Source: Centroscyllium fabricii (Eukaryota). From it: a DNA stretch of 64,000 bases. The DNA lies in NCBI GenBank assembly GCA_051313645.2, contig JBNRSN020000029.1, positions 20,212,001-20,276,000 of the forward strand, given 5' to 3'. How positions within the stretch are numbered: position 1 is the stretch's first letter; the number at the start of each line of letters is the position of its first letter. This document shows positions 1 through 13,049 of this stretch, in pieces. A model generated the notes under the pieces. That model did not search any database. It worked only from the letters and a program-made list of their open reading frames with translations, and had not been told where the DNA came from. Both the position numbers and the translations under genes were made by a program.

Positions 1-239
1 GAAATCAAATCTATTAGACAAACATATTTGCTGTTTTTAACTGATTAAGCCCAACACTGGTTTCTTTAACATTCACCTCAACCCCTGCTCCCGTCAAGAG
101 CACGTGTAGTTAACTGTTGAAAGAGCCATCAATTCCCAGCAACGGATTCATTTTGTAAATGATCCCAGGCCGTATGATTCTTTCAGAGTATAGGTCCTTC
201 CTGACCTGCCTGTTTGTTAGCAAGTTAAGAATTTACGAC

Positions 240-1230
240 ATTTTGTCCACAATTTATGTTAAAAATTCTGACTTTAGAATCACAAACACAATTTCTAAAT
301 TTGCAGAGGACATAAAATTGGGGGGAGGGGTCATTCAATAATGAGGGGATCTGCAACAAATTACAAGAAGACTTTAGTCAACTTGCAGAATTGGCCTTGA
401 CTTGTGAAATGAATTTTAACATAGGTAAGTGTGAGGTTATTACATTTTGGTAAAAGGAATTAGCAAGTTACATTTTACTTGGAAAATAACAATAAGAGGT
501 AGAGGAGCAAATGTACCTGGGAGTACAACAACACAAACCACCAAGAGTTTTGAAGTAGGTCAATAAAACCATAGCAAAAGCAAACACAGCATGGGGGTTT
601 ATTTACCCGATCATATAATTGAACATTAGAGAAAGTATGTTAAACATGTATCGAACCTTGTTTACATCACAACTGGAGTGCTTATTACTGTTTTGGTTGT
701 CAAATTATGAAAAAGGTTATAGAGCCACAGGAGAATGTGCAGACATTTTACAAGGATGTTAGCGGCTTTGGGAGGTTATACATATCAGGAAAGGATGAGC
801 ATGCTGCGTCACTTTTCTGTTTACAAGCGAAACCACGGCGGTTACAAAATGGAGTTCTCTGAAATTGTGAAAGTTATTGATAGAGTATACAGCGAGAGAG
901 TGTTTGTGCTTGTGTTGAAGAGCAAAACTGAAGAAGTTATCACAGATAATCAACAATAAATCAGATAGGATATTCAGAAGAAACGTATTTACCCAGAGAG
1001 TGGTGGGAATAAGGAACTCTCTCTCGCAGGAAGTAGTTGAGGTTAATAGCATGGATGCATTTCATGGAATTCTAAATAGGCATGTGAGCGAGAATGGTAT
1101 GGAGGGTTATCATGATAGATGTAGTTCAGGAAGAATGAGATGAAGCTCGGGTGGAGCATTAACGCCGGAATGGGGTGGTAGGTTCGAATACACTATCTGT
1201 GTGCTGCGTATTCTATGTAATTCTATGTAA
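240..1230 (+). mobile_element. CR1-clade LINE, decayed 3' portion (RT C-terminus and 3' tail)
   Basis: Translates to TISKFAEDIKLGG (KFADDTKLGG), FTRML..LGGYTYQER, FTQRVVG; ends in the ATTCTATGTA-repeat tail at ~1210-1230; many stops and frameshifts. Confidence 0.85.
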
Positions 1231-2462
1231 ACCCAGTGTTCAGATCTCCAGTCAGCTTTAAAGACAAGGGAAATGTGAGATTGCTGTTACAGTGAAAATT
1301 AGTGCAGCTGCAGAATTTACCTTGAATTCAACAACATGGGAGGGCAGCTCAGTGCTAGCTATTGAAGCAATATGAATTGTCCTGCTCCCTCAGCTAAAAG
1401 TGGACTTAATTGATCCACAATTAGAGAGCATTTACCCGCCAAATACATTGGTTCTCAGTCCAAGTGCATTCGCTTTAAATCTAGACTGCACTCTTTACTT
1501 AGCATCTTTTCCGTCTTAATTTATTTCCAAACAAAAGAACGAACAAAAGCACAGAAAACCCATCAGATCCGATGTTTCTTTTTGTTCAGATTGACTGATC
1601 TGCCCAGTTAACGTTATCAGTGTCATGTCATCAATGGAGTTCTCGAAACGATAAAGTTTGCTCAATCAATATATGTCATATTTCTCCTTTTTATTGGAAA
1701 ACATGCGAATTATTGTGTTGCATAATCACAGAAAACAAATCCAAACAACCTTTCGCAACATGCGCCCTTTATGAGGGGTCGCTAATATCAATTCGGAGAA
1801 GGAAGAGGAGAAGATTTCCGATAATATTCGAAGGGAGTTGAAGCGATTTGTCACGTCTGAACACACCGACCTGACTGGGATCAGTTTCCACAGATCCAAT
1901 TGGTGTAGCAACATTCAGTAAACATTTTGCATAGGGTATTTGGAAAGATTATTTTAATCGCATTATAATAGAAGAACGTAGACAATCTAAATTTCATATT
2001 CAAAATTGGCATCTCCTCCCGCCATCCAAACCGTGCCTCCAAACCCAGCATCTTGAGAATCGTAATCACTTTTGGGAACAATTTGAATTTAATTCATGAA
2101 TGTCCCCTCTTTGTCCTCCAATGCCTTAGAATGTGACAGCCATTAATTGCAATAACACTTCCAAACAGCTACTGAGATGGTAATCCACACTTATCTTTTG
2201 CACACCCGGTACATATCAGACCAGACCCAGTATCCTTCACCACCGCCCAACGCCTGTTGATGCAGAAATCCAACAACTCGGCAAATCCGCGGGACTGCTC
2301 AGCTGTACACAACTGATTATCTCACTTTCTGCATGTATCTGTAAACTGACTTCGATCTCACGTGCCCGACGTACCCTCCTTTTATTGCTATTATATAGTG
2401 TAGACATTAACAATGAAACAATATGATGCACCTAAAAGGCAGGTGTTGCTTATCTACCAGGA

Positions 2463-2936
2463 CGACACGGTGGCGCAGTGGTTAGCACTGCTGCTTCGCA
2501 ATAAGGAGCTCCTGGGTTCGAATGCTGCTTGTCCCGGTACCTCTCTGTGTGCAGTTTGCAGGTTCTCCCCGTGTTAATGTGGGTTTCATCTGGGTACTAC
2601 GGTTTCCTCCCACCACCCAAAGACATACAGGTTAGGTGAATTGGAGATACAAAAAATTGCCCATGAGTATGTGTGTGAGATATAGTTCTTGGAGTTGGGG
2701 TTTCGGGGAGATATGGGGAGGGGGATATGCGGAGGGGGGTATGGGGAGGGAGAGGGTAGGGGGAGAGGGATGGGGGGATATGGGGAGAGGTTATGGGAGT
2801 TGAGGGTAGGGGGAGGATTGTGGAGAGGTTGGGGGTGGGGGGTTGGAAGATCAGCCATGATCTCAGCAAAATGGCAGAGCAGGCCTCAACGGCCGAACGG
2901 CCTACTCCTGCTCCTATCTTCTGTCTTTCTGTGTTT
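2463..2936 (+). mobile_element. HE1-like tRNA-derived V-SINE with CR1-derived tail and G-rich expanded middle
   Basis: A box TGGCGCAGTGG, B box GGTTCGAATGC, V-domain TTCTCCCCGTG..GGTTTCCTCCCAC..CAAAGACAT, tail GATCAGCCATGATCT..GGCCTACTCCTGCTCCTATC. Confidence 0.85.
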
Positions 2937-3281
2937 ACCGCTAATAAGCACAGTTATTTCATGAAATGCCTTCAATGAACCTAGAATAGAATGACATCAG
3001 CATCATGAGCCTGCACCTATACATTAGGGGCGCAGATTTCATCAATGTTCTATTTTAAATATGTTAAATTTAATATTCTTGACTTTAATTTTTGCATGTG
3101 AAATGTCCAGCTCCCTGATCAGTAGGAGAAATATGTTATTTCAAATGACTTTAACTGACACTGAATATGCAAGGCTCTTTTATCATTTGAGCTTTATCTC
3201 AGTTCTTAAAAAGACCGAATTTTGAAAGCAGAACATCTGTGTCCATAACACAGACAGACAGCGGTGCATCACCCCGAATCT

Positions 3282-3346
3282 AAGACATTCGGTAATACAG
3301 ACAGAAAGCTCACACTGCCATATTATTGCCAAAGTTGGTGTATAGA
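3282..3346 (+). pseudogene. Possible orphan first exon of a GPR139-like GPCR (pseudo-exon)
   Basis: Reads RHSVIQTESSHCHIIAKVGV* then a phase-1 donor A|GTAAGT at 3347; resembles the TM1-start exon at 37620-37688; no matching second exon found before 39337. Confidence 0.35.
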
Positions 3347-4944
3347 GTAAGTTGCTATATTCTGTTAATAATCACTTTAATAATATTTGACTGTATCACT
3401 GCGTCTGCCGTCGGTGTAATAATAGTGTCTGCTTGAATCCATGTGGTTGATGTGCAGGCATTAATTACAACCAGCATATCAATATTAATTAGAAAATCAA
3501 AGTTTCTGACATATTACTAAATTCTTTCCGCTCCTGATTAGCGCTAGAGCCTTGGGTCTCTACAATTGCTGGGAATTTTTTATGTCTTCTTAACAGGTGT
3601 TATTGCTCATTATTTACACATGAAGCGGTGTAACACAGGTGTAACAAATTCCAATTCCGGCCCAGAGGGGGAAATATTCGGATGTTGGCATCTTCCGTTA
3701 GCGCCCTAAGAGGGTGGCAATGGGGACGCAAAACAACAAACACCCGGGCATGGCGAGTTTATCGCTGCTCAGGGAATTGACTAGACGCTTGGCCACAGCG
3801 CTAAACATTGGTCCAGAAATTAGCCTTGGAGCCTTCGTGCGAGTGCAGGGCTCCAACTTACACTTACACTGCACTTTTGCCATTTAGAAATTCTGCGCCG
3901 TGAACTCCCGAGTTGTACATTTGCTTCAGTCTCCAGGCGACCTGCTGGTGCAACTCAGTGGCGGAATTAGTGCGAGACATCGCACGAGACCACGTGATCA
4001 GCAGGGAGCCAATCAATGGAAGCAATCCTCCATTCAAAACTTATACGGAGAAATCTGTGTAACTTTTGAAAAGGAAGAGCTTCAAAAACACATCTAAACA
4101 CAAAAATAAAATTTTAAAAAGACCACATGTTTTAACAATACTCTAACTAACATAAATTACCTATTTTAAAGAAAAAATAAAAATTTAGAAAAAAAAAATT
4201 AATGTCTTTAACAGGCCCAACAGAATACCTACCTCTCCTTAAAGTTTAAAAAAATTAAAAACCTGTAAAACAATACTTAAATTCTATAAAATAAAGACAA
4301 ACCTGCTAAAAACGGGTGGTTATGTCTGATATTTTTTAAGTGTAAAATCTTCACTACTTACCCCGAGAAAAAAGCTGATAAAAAATGGAAGTCTAGTGCA
4401 CAACTCCTGGTGTGCAGACGAATGCAATCCATCTCGCAGCAGCTCTCGACCCACCGCTAGACACCTACGGAATGGCAGGCAGCAGCTGGAAACGGTTGCT
4501 CCCTGCGATTCGGAGCTCGGCTGCGCTAACAATTGGCTCCAAAACCACCTGCGCTCATCGGAAGTATTGGCCCAATATTGCGCGATCTCCTGCGTGCTCT
4601 GATCTTGTAGTCATAGCGATGGACAAAGCCCTTGGTGCGCCCCGGACCGGAAATTGTGTGGCACCTCCCTCTTTTCCGTCCAGCACTACTAACAACAGGT
4701 AGACTGTAATGCTGTGGAGCCTGGAGGGCGCTATTTTGAGAGAGCCTCTTCTGGATTTGGTGTGGTAGCCACTTTTGGGCCACACTGCCAGAGAGAGAAG
4801 AAGTGAGAGTTGGACAGAGACATAGAGAGAGTAAGAGAGACTATTTCTGTGGTTCAACGCTTTCAGCGGCACTTTGGGCCTCGGCTCATAACTTTCCCGG
4901 TACTGTTGATTTGCGACTTTCTATACATTACTTCCGTCGAGACG

Positions 4945-6103
4945 ATGGGATCTGCATTGGATGGGAGCGATATCCTACTATATCACATTCTCAGGGCACA
5001 GAGAAGCCAGCAGAGATCAGCAATCATGGCCCGGCAGAGAAGGTTCAACTGGCGTCTGCACAGGAAACCTTACCATCCTGGGGATTTTGGGAGCAATTGT
5101 TGTACATTATTATGTCTAAGGACTAGTGTTTGTGCATGCTGTGCTTCATGAAGTAGTTAATCATTGAGCTCTGCGATCTGCTCCAGCCAGACCTCCAGCC
5201 TCAACTCAGCACCAGGACGTATCTGTCAGTGGCAGATAAGCTTACTGTGGCTTTGAAATTCAATGCCACTAGTTCATTTCAGGTAGCTAGTGGGGACAAA
5301 GCTAACATCTGCATGTTTGCGGTGCATTGTTGCATCCATCAGGTGACAGAAGCCCTATTTCAAATCAGTCGAGTATATATATCGTTCCTCTTGACCCCAG
5401 ACAAGCAGCAAAAATCTGAAGTGTGCTTTGCCAGGATAGCCTGCTTCCCCTGGACCAGGAGGCCATTGACTGCACGCAGGTAGCTATGCGGGCACCGCAT
5501 GAGAATGCCAAGGATTACTGCAACAGAAAGCGCTTCCATTCCCTAAACGTCCACTTGGTGTGTTATCACAGATTGCAGATTCTCGCTGTCAAATCCCGCT
5601 ATCCAGGCAGCAGTCAGGACGCCTTAATACTGCGCCAGACATCTGTGGCAGACCTCTTCCATGCACCGAATCAACCACGTGGATGGCTTCTCTGGTACAA
5701 GGGATATCCTCTGAGCACTTGGCTGGTGGCCCCGCTCCATACGCCCAAAAGCCCTGCTGAGCTGCGATACAGCGAGAGCCATCAGGCTACTGGAAACATA
5801 ATTGAGCACATATTTGGCAGGCTGAAACAATGGGGCCGCTGTCTGGTCCATTCTAGAGGAACACTTCAGTACTCGCCTGAGCGAGTCTCCCACTTCGTGG
5901 TTGTGTGCTTCATGCTGCATAACATTGCAATCCTCAGGGTCCAGCCAATGCCACCAGGCATTTTAGCACCACCAGAGAATGAGCTTGAAGAGGAGGTGTA
6001 ACAGGAGGACGGTGCGTATCAGCAGCAGCAGCAGCCGCAAGACAGGAGTTATGTAGAAAGTGTGATATCTGTCTGTCAGAGGCTCATAGCAAGCCGCTTT
6101 TAG
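4945..6103 (+). pseudogene. Harbinger transposase (HARBI1-like DDE_Tnp_4 nuclease), frameshifted
   Basis: Motifs AIDCTQV, NRKRFHSLNVHLVC, YPGSSQD, WLLWYKGYPL (normally GDKGYPL), HQATGNIIEHIFGRLK, CFMLHN spread over ORFs 4810-5151, 5229-5483 and 5423-6001. Confidence 0.9.
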
Positions 6104-6394
6104 GCCCCTGGTGATGAAAAGTAATCTGCCATTGAGAACAGCCTGAATGATACCAACCCGCTACGCCTAGGACGGTCAGGGCATCATTGATCAGAAACAC
6201 CAAATATGTACATTTTGAATAAAAAAATATTTATATTACAAACACTTTCAGCTTTTCAAGTGACAAAATAAAAGAAAAAAATCCCCCGAACTGTCATTAA
6301 CATAAGTACATTTCACAACCTGCAAATCATGCCCAAAACAGTTAAACACTAGTGAACACGAACCTCGGCCTCGAAGAAAACAATTCACTACATT

Positions 6395-8194
6395 TAATCC
6401 CACCTCCTACTTTTTGCATTTGGATGGGTATCTCCTTCCCTTGCGCAATTTCCTCCATCTCACCCTGCTGCTCCACAGTACTACGACCGCAGTTGCTGCA
6501 CCAAGGCTGGTTGAACGCTGCAGAGTGTCCGGCACTGACAGTGCCGAAGCATTTGAAGGTCGTCCTCGACCAAATCTAGCCCTGGAGCCCCCGGCTGCAG
6601 ACTGCTACAACTCTGCAATGGCGCCAGCATTCTGACCTACAGATGGTGAGAAGAGCAGTGGAGAAGGTACAGTGTTGGCAACTTGAATGCTGTCCTGTTG
6701 AGAGAGGACAGCACATCCCTGTTCCATAAAAACCCTGGAATGCACAGGGACCCGCACCTCATTATCTGGAACAATCTGCTCAAGCACAGTCTGCTGACCT
6801 GCTGTGGACTTTTGAGAGACCCAGGTAATTGTACCCGATCCAAACAGGATGGCACCAGCTTTTCTCGCATGGCCTCAGCAAGCGGATGCATGGTAGGACC
6901 CACTGACTGGACTGCGGAAGTAAGCTTCAGCATGGCATCCACCTGCGATGCAGTGAGGTGCTACTGACTCTTTGCCATTACCTGCATGCATTTTCGCAAC
7001 TTTTCCACTGCTTACATTAGCTCATTGTGCATTTGCCCCACCCCGGCACTATTTTCAGCGATGACCCAATCGTTATCTGTTTTCAGTGCAGCAGCTGTCG
7101 ATGTCTCACTCTCCCTCCGTGGAGGAAGGTCTCGTATTTCCCGCCCCCCACCGCGCTGCTGCCGCTCGCTGGAGCAGGGAGCACCCCCCGAATTGACAAT
7201 TACCCCCTGCTTCTCTCCAGGGGAGGTGTGTTCCCAGTGTAGGTATGGGCTTCCTCATTAAAGCGTGGTGGTGTTTCACAGGCTTACTCATCCTCCTCAC
7301 CTTCAGCTTCCCTCTCCCTGGTAGCTGGAGGCCCCATCTCCTCACCTGGTGAGTCACGGTCAGAAAGCAGGGAGGTACAAGAGTTGCTTTAGCCTGAGGA
7401 CAGGGTGGCAGAAAGGGAGCAAATCGTGCAGCCAAATAGATATTTCGATGGAAATTGACAAAGTCTGGTATTGTGAGGACCAAGAGAAAGGAGATATGAC
7501 AAGAAGGTGATGAGCTCACCATTGCTGTGCTGCATCTCCAGTGGTGACGGGGACAGTCAGAGAGTCACCCGGCTTCCCACGATCTATTGAATATGCAGCT
7601 CCAGATTGCTGAGTGTTTGGAGCTGAGGCCTCCCTCCACCCGTCCTTTGCTGTTGTCGCCTATTGTGCGAGTTTGGCCTGGATGGAAAAGGACGACATCT
7701 GAGTAAAAATACTGCAATAATGTCATCAGATGTACCTGCCACGGCTGTATGGCCCTTCCAAAGTACAATGATGATGTCATCTGATGTGCCAGCAATGGAT
7801 GAATAGCTCTTCCTGCATGCAAATTGTGGATTGTTTGTGTGTATTTATTATAAGTCGATACGTGTTGGCTGAGTGTTGGGCATTGGGATTTTAGACCCTC
7901 TAGCCATAGACTGAGTTTGAGCTGGAGGGAAGGAGAGATTTTGTCAAAAAGCCACTCATCCTGACGACCCTACTGAGACCGTTGACATTTTCCGGCATTG
8001 TATGGGTGTCCTGGGCTCCATGTTTCTAGAGGTCACAAGCTGAGCCATCTCCCTCCACACTCTTTTATATTCCCGTGGCTCAGGTCTCCTGTCACACTTT
8101 GGGAACTGAAGCACTGGTCGGCGCTCCACTGCGCCAACCAGAAACTCCAGGGCCCGCTCGGTAATCGCCGTGCTCGCTTCCCGGTCCTCTCCAT
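6395..8194 (-). pseudogene. Harbinger Myb/SANT-like DNA-binding protein gene (multi-exon, decayed)
   Basis: From ATG 8194, with frameshifts: MERTGKRARR/TERALEFLVGAVERR..EYKRVWREMAQLVTSRNMEPRTPIQCRK (Myb_DNA-bind_5-like); donor-like junction near 7960; downstream coiled-coil/low-complexity exon at ~6400-7360; 3' boundary approximate. Confidence 0.7.
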
Positions 8195-8624
8195 GACTGC
8201 AGGTCTGTCCAGGCGGATGATCAACGCTTCAATGAGAAGTGTCTGGCTGGATAGTGAGTTTGACAATCAACATTTAAGAACTGGCCGGCGCCAGTGTGTC
8301 TGTTCAGTTGGTAACTGACATATCCAGCACTGAGACCACCCTCTGAATTTGCACCTAACTTCTGGGCCTCTGCGCCTTAGGACTGGAGTGCAGCGTCTGA
8401 TTTAGCGCTGCAATCGCCTCCATGGGCGCCAAAACCAAAGTTTACAGTTGCTGGTGCAAGTTTGCGCTCTGTGCTAAATTTCACGCTGCGCCGATTGTAG
8501 CACCCCAAACGTGGCGATACCAAAATTTCCCCCATAGACTCTAAGCTATTCAGTAGATTGGGGATCTAATGCAGCTAACATTTTAATAATCTATTTGTGG
8601 AGTTAATCTCTCATTGGTAGAAAT

Positions 8625-9265
8625 CTTGCTGGGGACGATAGTGTTGAATGCTGAACTGTAGCATATAAACAGCATTCTGATATAGTTGTCTTTGCTATCC
8701 AGGTGCTTTAGTGCAGAATGAAGAGGTGTTCTGATTGCATCTTCCATTGACCTGTTTCCTCGATAGGTGAACTGTTATTGGTCGAGGGCAGTTGGAATGC
8801 TGGGTGTAATGTGGGCCAGGACCAGCTGCTGAAATCGTTTCATGATTATGGGTGTGAGTGCGACCGGGCAGTTGTCATTCAGGCACGTCACGGCCGTTTT
8901 CTTGGGCACAGGGATGATGCTGGCGGTCTTGAAGCATGTAGGGCAGCTGCCTTCACCAGTGACAGGTTGAACATATCGGTGAAGACCTCAGCCAGTTGGT
9001 CAGGACAGTCTTTGAGTGCCCAGCCAGCGATGCTGTCGGGACCCGCGGCCTTCCGTGCATTCACTCCACTTAGAGCACTTCTAAAGTCTGAGGAAAAAAT
9101 ATTAGTAGCTGGACTTCAAGAGATGACAAGAATTTGGTGGCTGGGTCCCTGTTGTCCCTGTCGAAGCGAGCATAGAAGTTGTTGAGTTCCTCCGGTAGGG
9201 AGGCGTCGCTGGTCGTGGGGCTGGTGTTCTTGCACTTCGAGTCCGTGATGGACTGGATGCCTCGT
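8625..9265 (-). mobile_element. Rex1/Babar LINE fragment (RT N-terminal region)
   Basis: Minus strand gives [64 protein letters not shown]. Confidence 0.85.
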
Positions 9266-10049
9266 CACCTACACCGAGGCTCACATGTTCAAAATGCATT
9301 GGAGGATGTTCCCTCTGATTCATATTGATCACACTTTCTCTCGGTGACCTCATTTGAATGCTGCCTCGCATTTGCGAATACCTTCCCTCATCTATCTTCT
9401 CTGAATTAGCACATGTTTGCATCAAGTCTGCGACACCGTCTGCAGTCCAGTAATACTGGCAGAACCTGGACTGAGGGTCGATAATGACTTTAATTTGTAT
9501 TAGGTGTTCATTCAAGGCTGCATTGGTGTCTCATTCCATGTATACTAAGGAACACAGGATATTTCGAAATGGCGCCGGCCGTGAACACCGCAACACCGTT
9601 CTGCTATTAAATTGCTGATCAATATTCTAACTGAATTTAACTTGACTGCGTATCCCTTAATAACCATGGCTAGAAAAAATCTATCAATCTCCGATTTCGA
9701 ATAATCAATGGAGATTCTGATTGTGAAGAGGCTGATAGATTGGTAATTTGCTGGTTAGATCTGTTCTGTTATTATCAGATAGGACATAACTCGGCAAACT
9801 CCACATTGGCGGATGGTTGCTATTTCCATAGTTTAATTGAAAAAGCTTGATGAGGGTTTAGATATTATCCGTGTACAGGCCTTCAGTACTGCAGCTGCGA
9901 TTCTTCACTCTCTTATTCACCTTCAATATTTCGAGTTTCTTCTTCAAATTAATCATTACATTTTGTTGCTGGCTTGCGCCTGCACGCCTTCCAATGTTAC
10001 AATGCATCTATTGAATGTTCTAATTTGTACGAACTTATACCTATTAACC

Positions 10050-10488
10050 AATTTCAATTTCAATTCAATTCAAGTTTCATTGTCATTGCAGAGTACTAGT
10101 ACAATACAACGAGACGAAGACTCGCTGCTCCCGAGAGTAGTGCAAATAAATTACATGCAAATTGCATACAGTAAAGCACATTTTCAGGTGTGCAGGTACA
10201 GGAGTTTTTTTTTTAGAGTTCAGGTGGCTGACAGCCCTGGGGAAGAAGCTGTTCTTAAATCTAGTTGTGCAGGTGCAAATTGATCTGTAGCGTCTCCCGG
10301 AGGGCAGGGCGGTGGACAGACTGTGGCTGGGGTGTGTGGGGTCTTTAATAATGTTCAGAGACCTCCGTAGGCAGCGTTTGAGGTAGATGCTTGCAATTGA
10401 CGGTAGCTGGGTACCGGTGATTCATTGGGCAGTTTTGATTACCCGCTGCAGTGTCTTCCCGTCCGAGATGGTGCAGTCGCTGTACGAT
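10050..10488 (-). mobile_element. Rex1/Babar LINE 3' end
   Basis: DUF1891-like C-terminus (IIKDPTHPSHSL..LPSGRRYRSICTCTTRFKNSFFPRAV) and (TTGAA)n tail; same family as 51250-56262. Confidence 0.85.
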
Positions 10489-10620
10489 TTAAAAAAATGC
10501 TTTGCTTTAATTCAGCATTTGTCTCACTTGTACTGATTTTACACTTAATGAATCTACCTTCTGTAAGTTATTGTGCTGAGTTGCTCCTTCAGCCTCTCCA
10601 GGAAAGTATTTTAAATAATT

Positions 10621-12737
10621 GGGCCGTATTTTCCGACCTCCACGGGTGAGTATGTTTTGCGTGCACACCCGTAGGGGCATCATAAGTGCCGGATTCAGCC
10701 AGGCGAATGACATCCGCTGAAAATCGGTACACTCTGATCTATGAAGAATCTATCAAGAAAGGTAGATCTACCGGCACAATGTTCCAATAATTTCTCAGCT
10801 GCTTGATTTGAGGAAGGTCTGAAACAGCTGCGACAATCAGAAGCAGTCGCACGACCAGAATTCTACCAGACGAAGCTGCAGCAAGAAAAGGAGTTTCAGC
10901 AGCGGGTTTGGAAACGGAACATGGTTAACTGTGAAAGTGAGCAAAGTTCTTTTTTCAAAATCAGATGTAAGTTTTCAACAACTTTACTTTACGTTACGTA
11001 ATTTATTTAGGATCTTGTTTTGCGAAGTGTAGTTAATGGTCCAGAAATTCCACTTGACCCGTTTCGTGGGCATCGTTTCCATTACGTTGCCCACGGGAAA
11101 CGTCCCGTTTTTGCCCTTGAAAATTCCGATACTGATTACCTTCTTCGTGGGCATCGTTTCTGCTCAGCCAGTTTTGGTGGGCAATGTTTCTGCTTGCTTG
11201 CTGCAGCAAGCCCCGCCCTCTGAGGATTAATTTAAATGCACACGCCCCCTGATCAAAGTACAGAAAGTGCTGCAGAGAACTGCAACCATTTTATTCAGCA
11301 GCAGAGTTTGGTAAATGTGCTTGCTTTTCTGCTGATTCAAACAATTTGGTTGAAAAAAAACGGAACCATTTTTGGTTAAAAAAACCGGGAAAAAAACACT
11401 TATAAACGCGATTTTCAAAATGTTTTCTAAAACATAAGACTCACTCACAACTTTTACTAAACACCACTCAAACATCAAAACTGAAATTATTTTGCTGGAA
11501 CTTAACTTTTAGCAAAGCAAGCCTTAACAGAAATCTTTCAGCACTCCATCAACTAAAATGAAAAACGCATTTCTCAGTTATCTGAGACTGAAATCCCCAA
11601 AAAATACTTTCAGCAGTGGGTGATTAGAAGGTACTTAATTTGGTTGAAAAAAAAACAGCACCATTTTTGGTTAAAAAAAACGGGGAAAAAACACTTAAAA
11701 ACGCAATTTTCAATTTTTTTTCTACAACGTTCACACTCACTCACAACTTTTACTAAACACCACTCAAACATCAAAACTGAAATTAATTTGCTAGAACTTA
11801 CCTTTTCACGCTGAAACAGTCCTTTCACCGTTCCACACAAGCAGTTACTCCTGCTTTTTTCAAGTGCATCTGAAGGCAACGTTGCCCACAGAATCACGGG
11901 AAAAAATGACACTTTTTCAATCGGAATTTTTGGGTGCAACTCATTCCTGGGTATTATGCTGAGTGCCCTTCTCACTCAGCATCGGACATTTCGGATCCGT
12001 GGGGATCTCGGATCCGTGGGCATTTTTCGGGGGCATCGCCGTGGGCATCTGCTTTAGGCATCGGAATTTCTGGCCCAATGTAAAGAGCAGTTCTCACTGT
12101 GTGCAAGGTAAGTATTCGATTGAATTAAATGTCATGTTTTAACGCGAAGCTGCAGAACAAAATCGCGGGGAGCAGCGCGGCGACACAGCAGCAGCGCGAC
12201 GGCACAGCAGCAGCACACAGGCAGGTAAGTTTCAGCCATTTTTTCTCCGTTTTTTTTTTAATTTTAAAATTAGCTGGACAGTTAAAAATTTAACAAATGT
12301 AACTTTAAAAATTAGCGATTTCTACCAGCGATTAACTTAAAATTCGATTTGTTAAATTTTTTTAAAACCTTTAACTTAAAAATTTTACGTTACCGATCTG
12401 GCCACACTACTCCCAAAAACTGTAAAAAATTTAAATTAAAGTTAAAAAATTACCTTACCTTGCTTAAGAACGTTTCTCTCTACCTCACCACCGAGTTACT
12501 CAAGCTTTGTTCAAGTGCATCTGTGGGCTCCGTTGCCCCCAGAATCACTGAAAAAAATGACCGTTTTTGACCATTTTTGAATCCGAAGTTTTGGGTGCAA
12601 CTCATTCCTGGGCATCATGCTGAGGGCCCTTTTCCCTCAGCATCGGAAGTTTCGGATCCGTGGGCTTCTCGGATCCGAGGGCATTTTTCGAGGGCATCGC
12701 CGTGAGCATCTGCTTTAGGTACCCGAATTTCTGGCCC
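10621..12737. mobile_element. Non-autonomous Harbinger-type element (outer) hosting a related element
   Basis: Termini GGGCCGTATTTTCC / GAATTTCTGGCCC; flanks ATT/TTT; last ~220 bp nearly identical to the end of the inner element. Confidence 0.65.
11038..12076. mobile_element. Non-autonomous Harbinger-type element (inner, nested)
   Basis: TIRs GGTCCAGAAATTCC / GGAATTTCTGGCCC; 3-bp TSD AAT (11035-11037, 12077-12079); internal ~170-bp direct duplication (~11345-11510 vs ~11638-11810). Confidence 0.8.
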
Positions 12738-13049
12738 TTTATGTCTGACTTTGTAAAACTGTTAACGTTCTTACAAAATCATCTCGGGTCGTGATATTCA
12801 TCAGGCGGATATGACGTGTGCCTGTTACGATACGGCACGTTCCCCACGACAGAACGTCGTGAATTTCACGCCACTCACTTTATTAAAATGACTTTTAGAA
12901 CTCATTCCATGTTTACATGCATGTACTTCATCTGTTTAAAAAGGAAGACAGTGACGGAGAAACATGTCCTTTGACGATTTTGCCCAGATCATCGGTGTGA
13001 TTCTGGATCATTGCATCGAAAATGCCAGGTAACAGTAAAGCATCTTGAG

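Larger units (their letters stand above)
3667..8533. mobile_element. PIF/Harbinger DNA transposon, full-length two-gene architecture, decayed
   Basis: Short TIRs GGGGGAAAT (3667) / ATTTCCCCC (8533) enclose a convergent DDE_Tnp_4 nuclease gene (+) and Myb/SANT gene (-). Confidence 0.75.

Noticed and set aside
2463-2530. tRNA genes at SINE heads (also 56919 and 59707)
   Set aside because: The A/B boxes run straight into the V-SINE core and no full cloverleaf is evident.
4945-6103. Domesticated host HARBI1 gene
   Set aside because: It has frameshifts, an altered GDxGY motif, flanking TIRs and a convergent Myb gene, so it is a decayed transposon.
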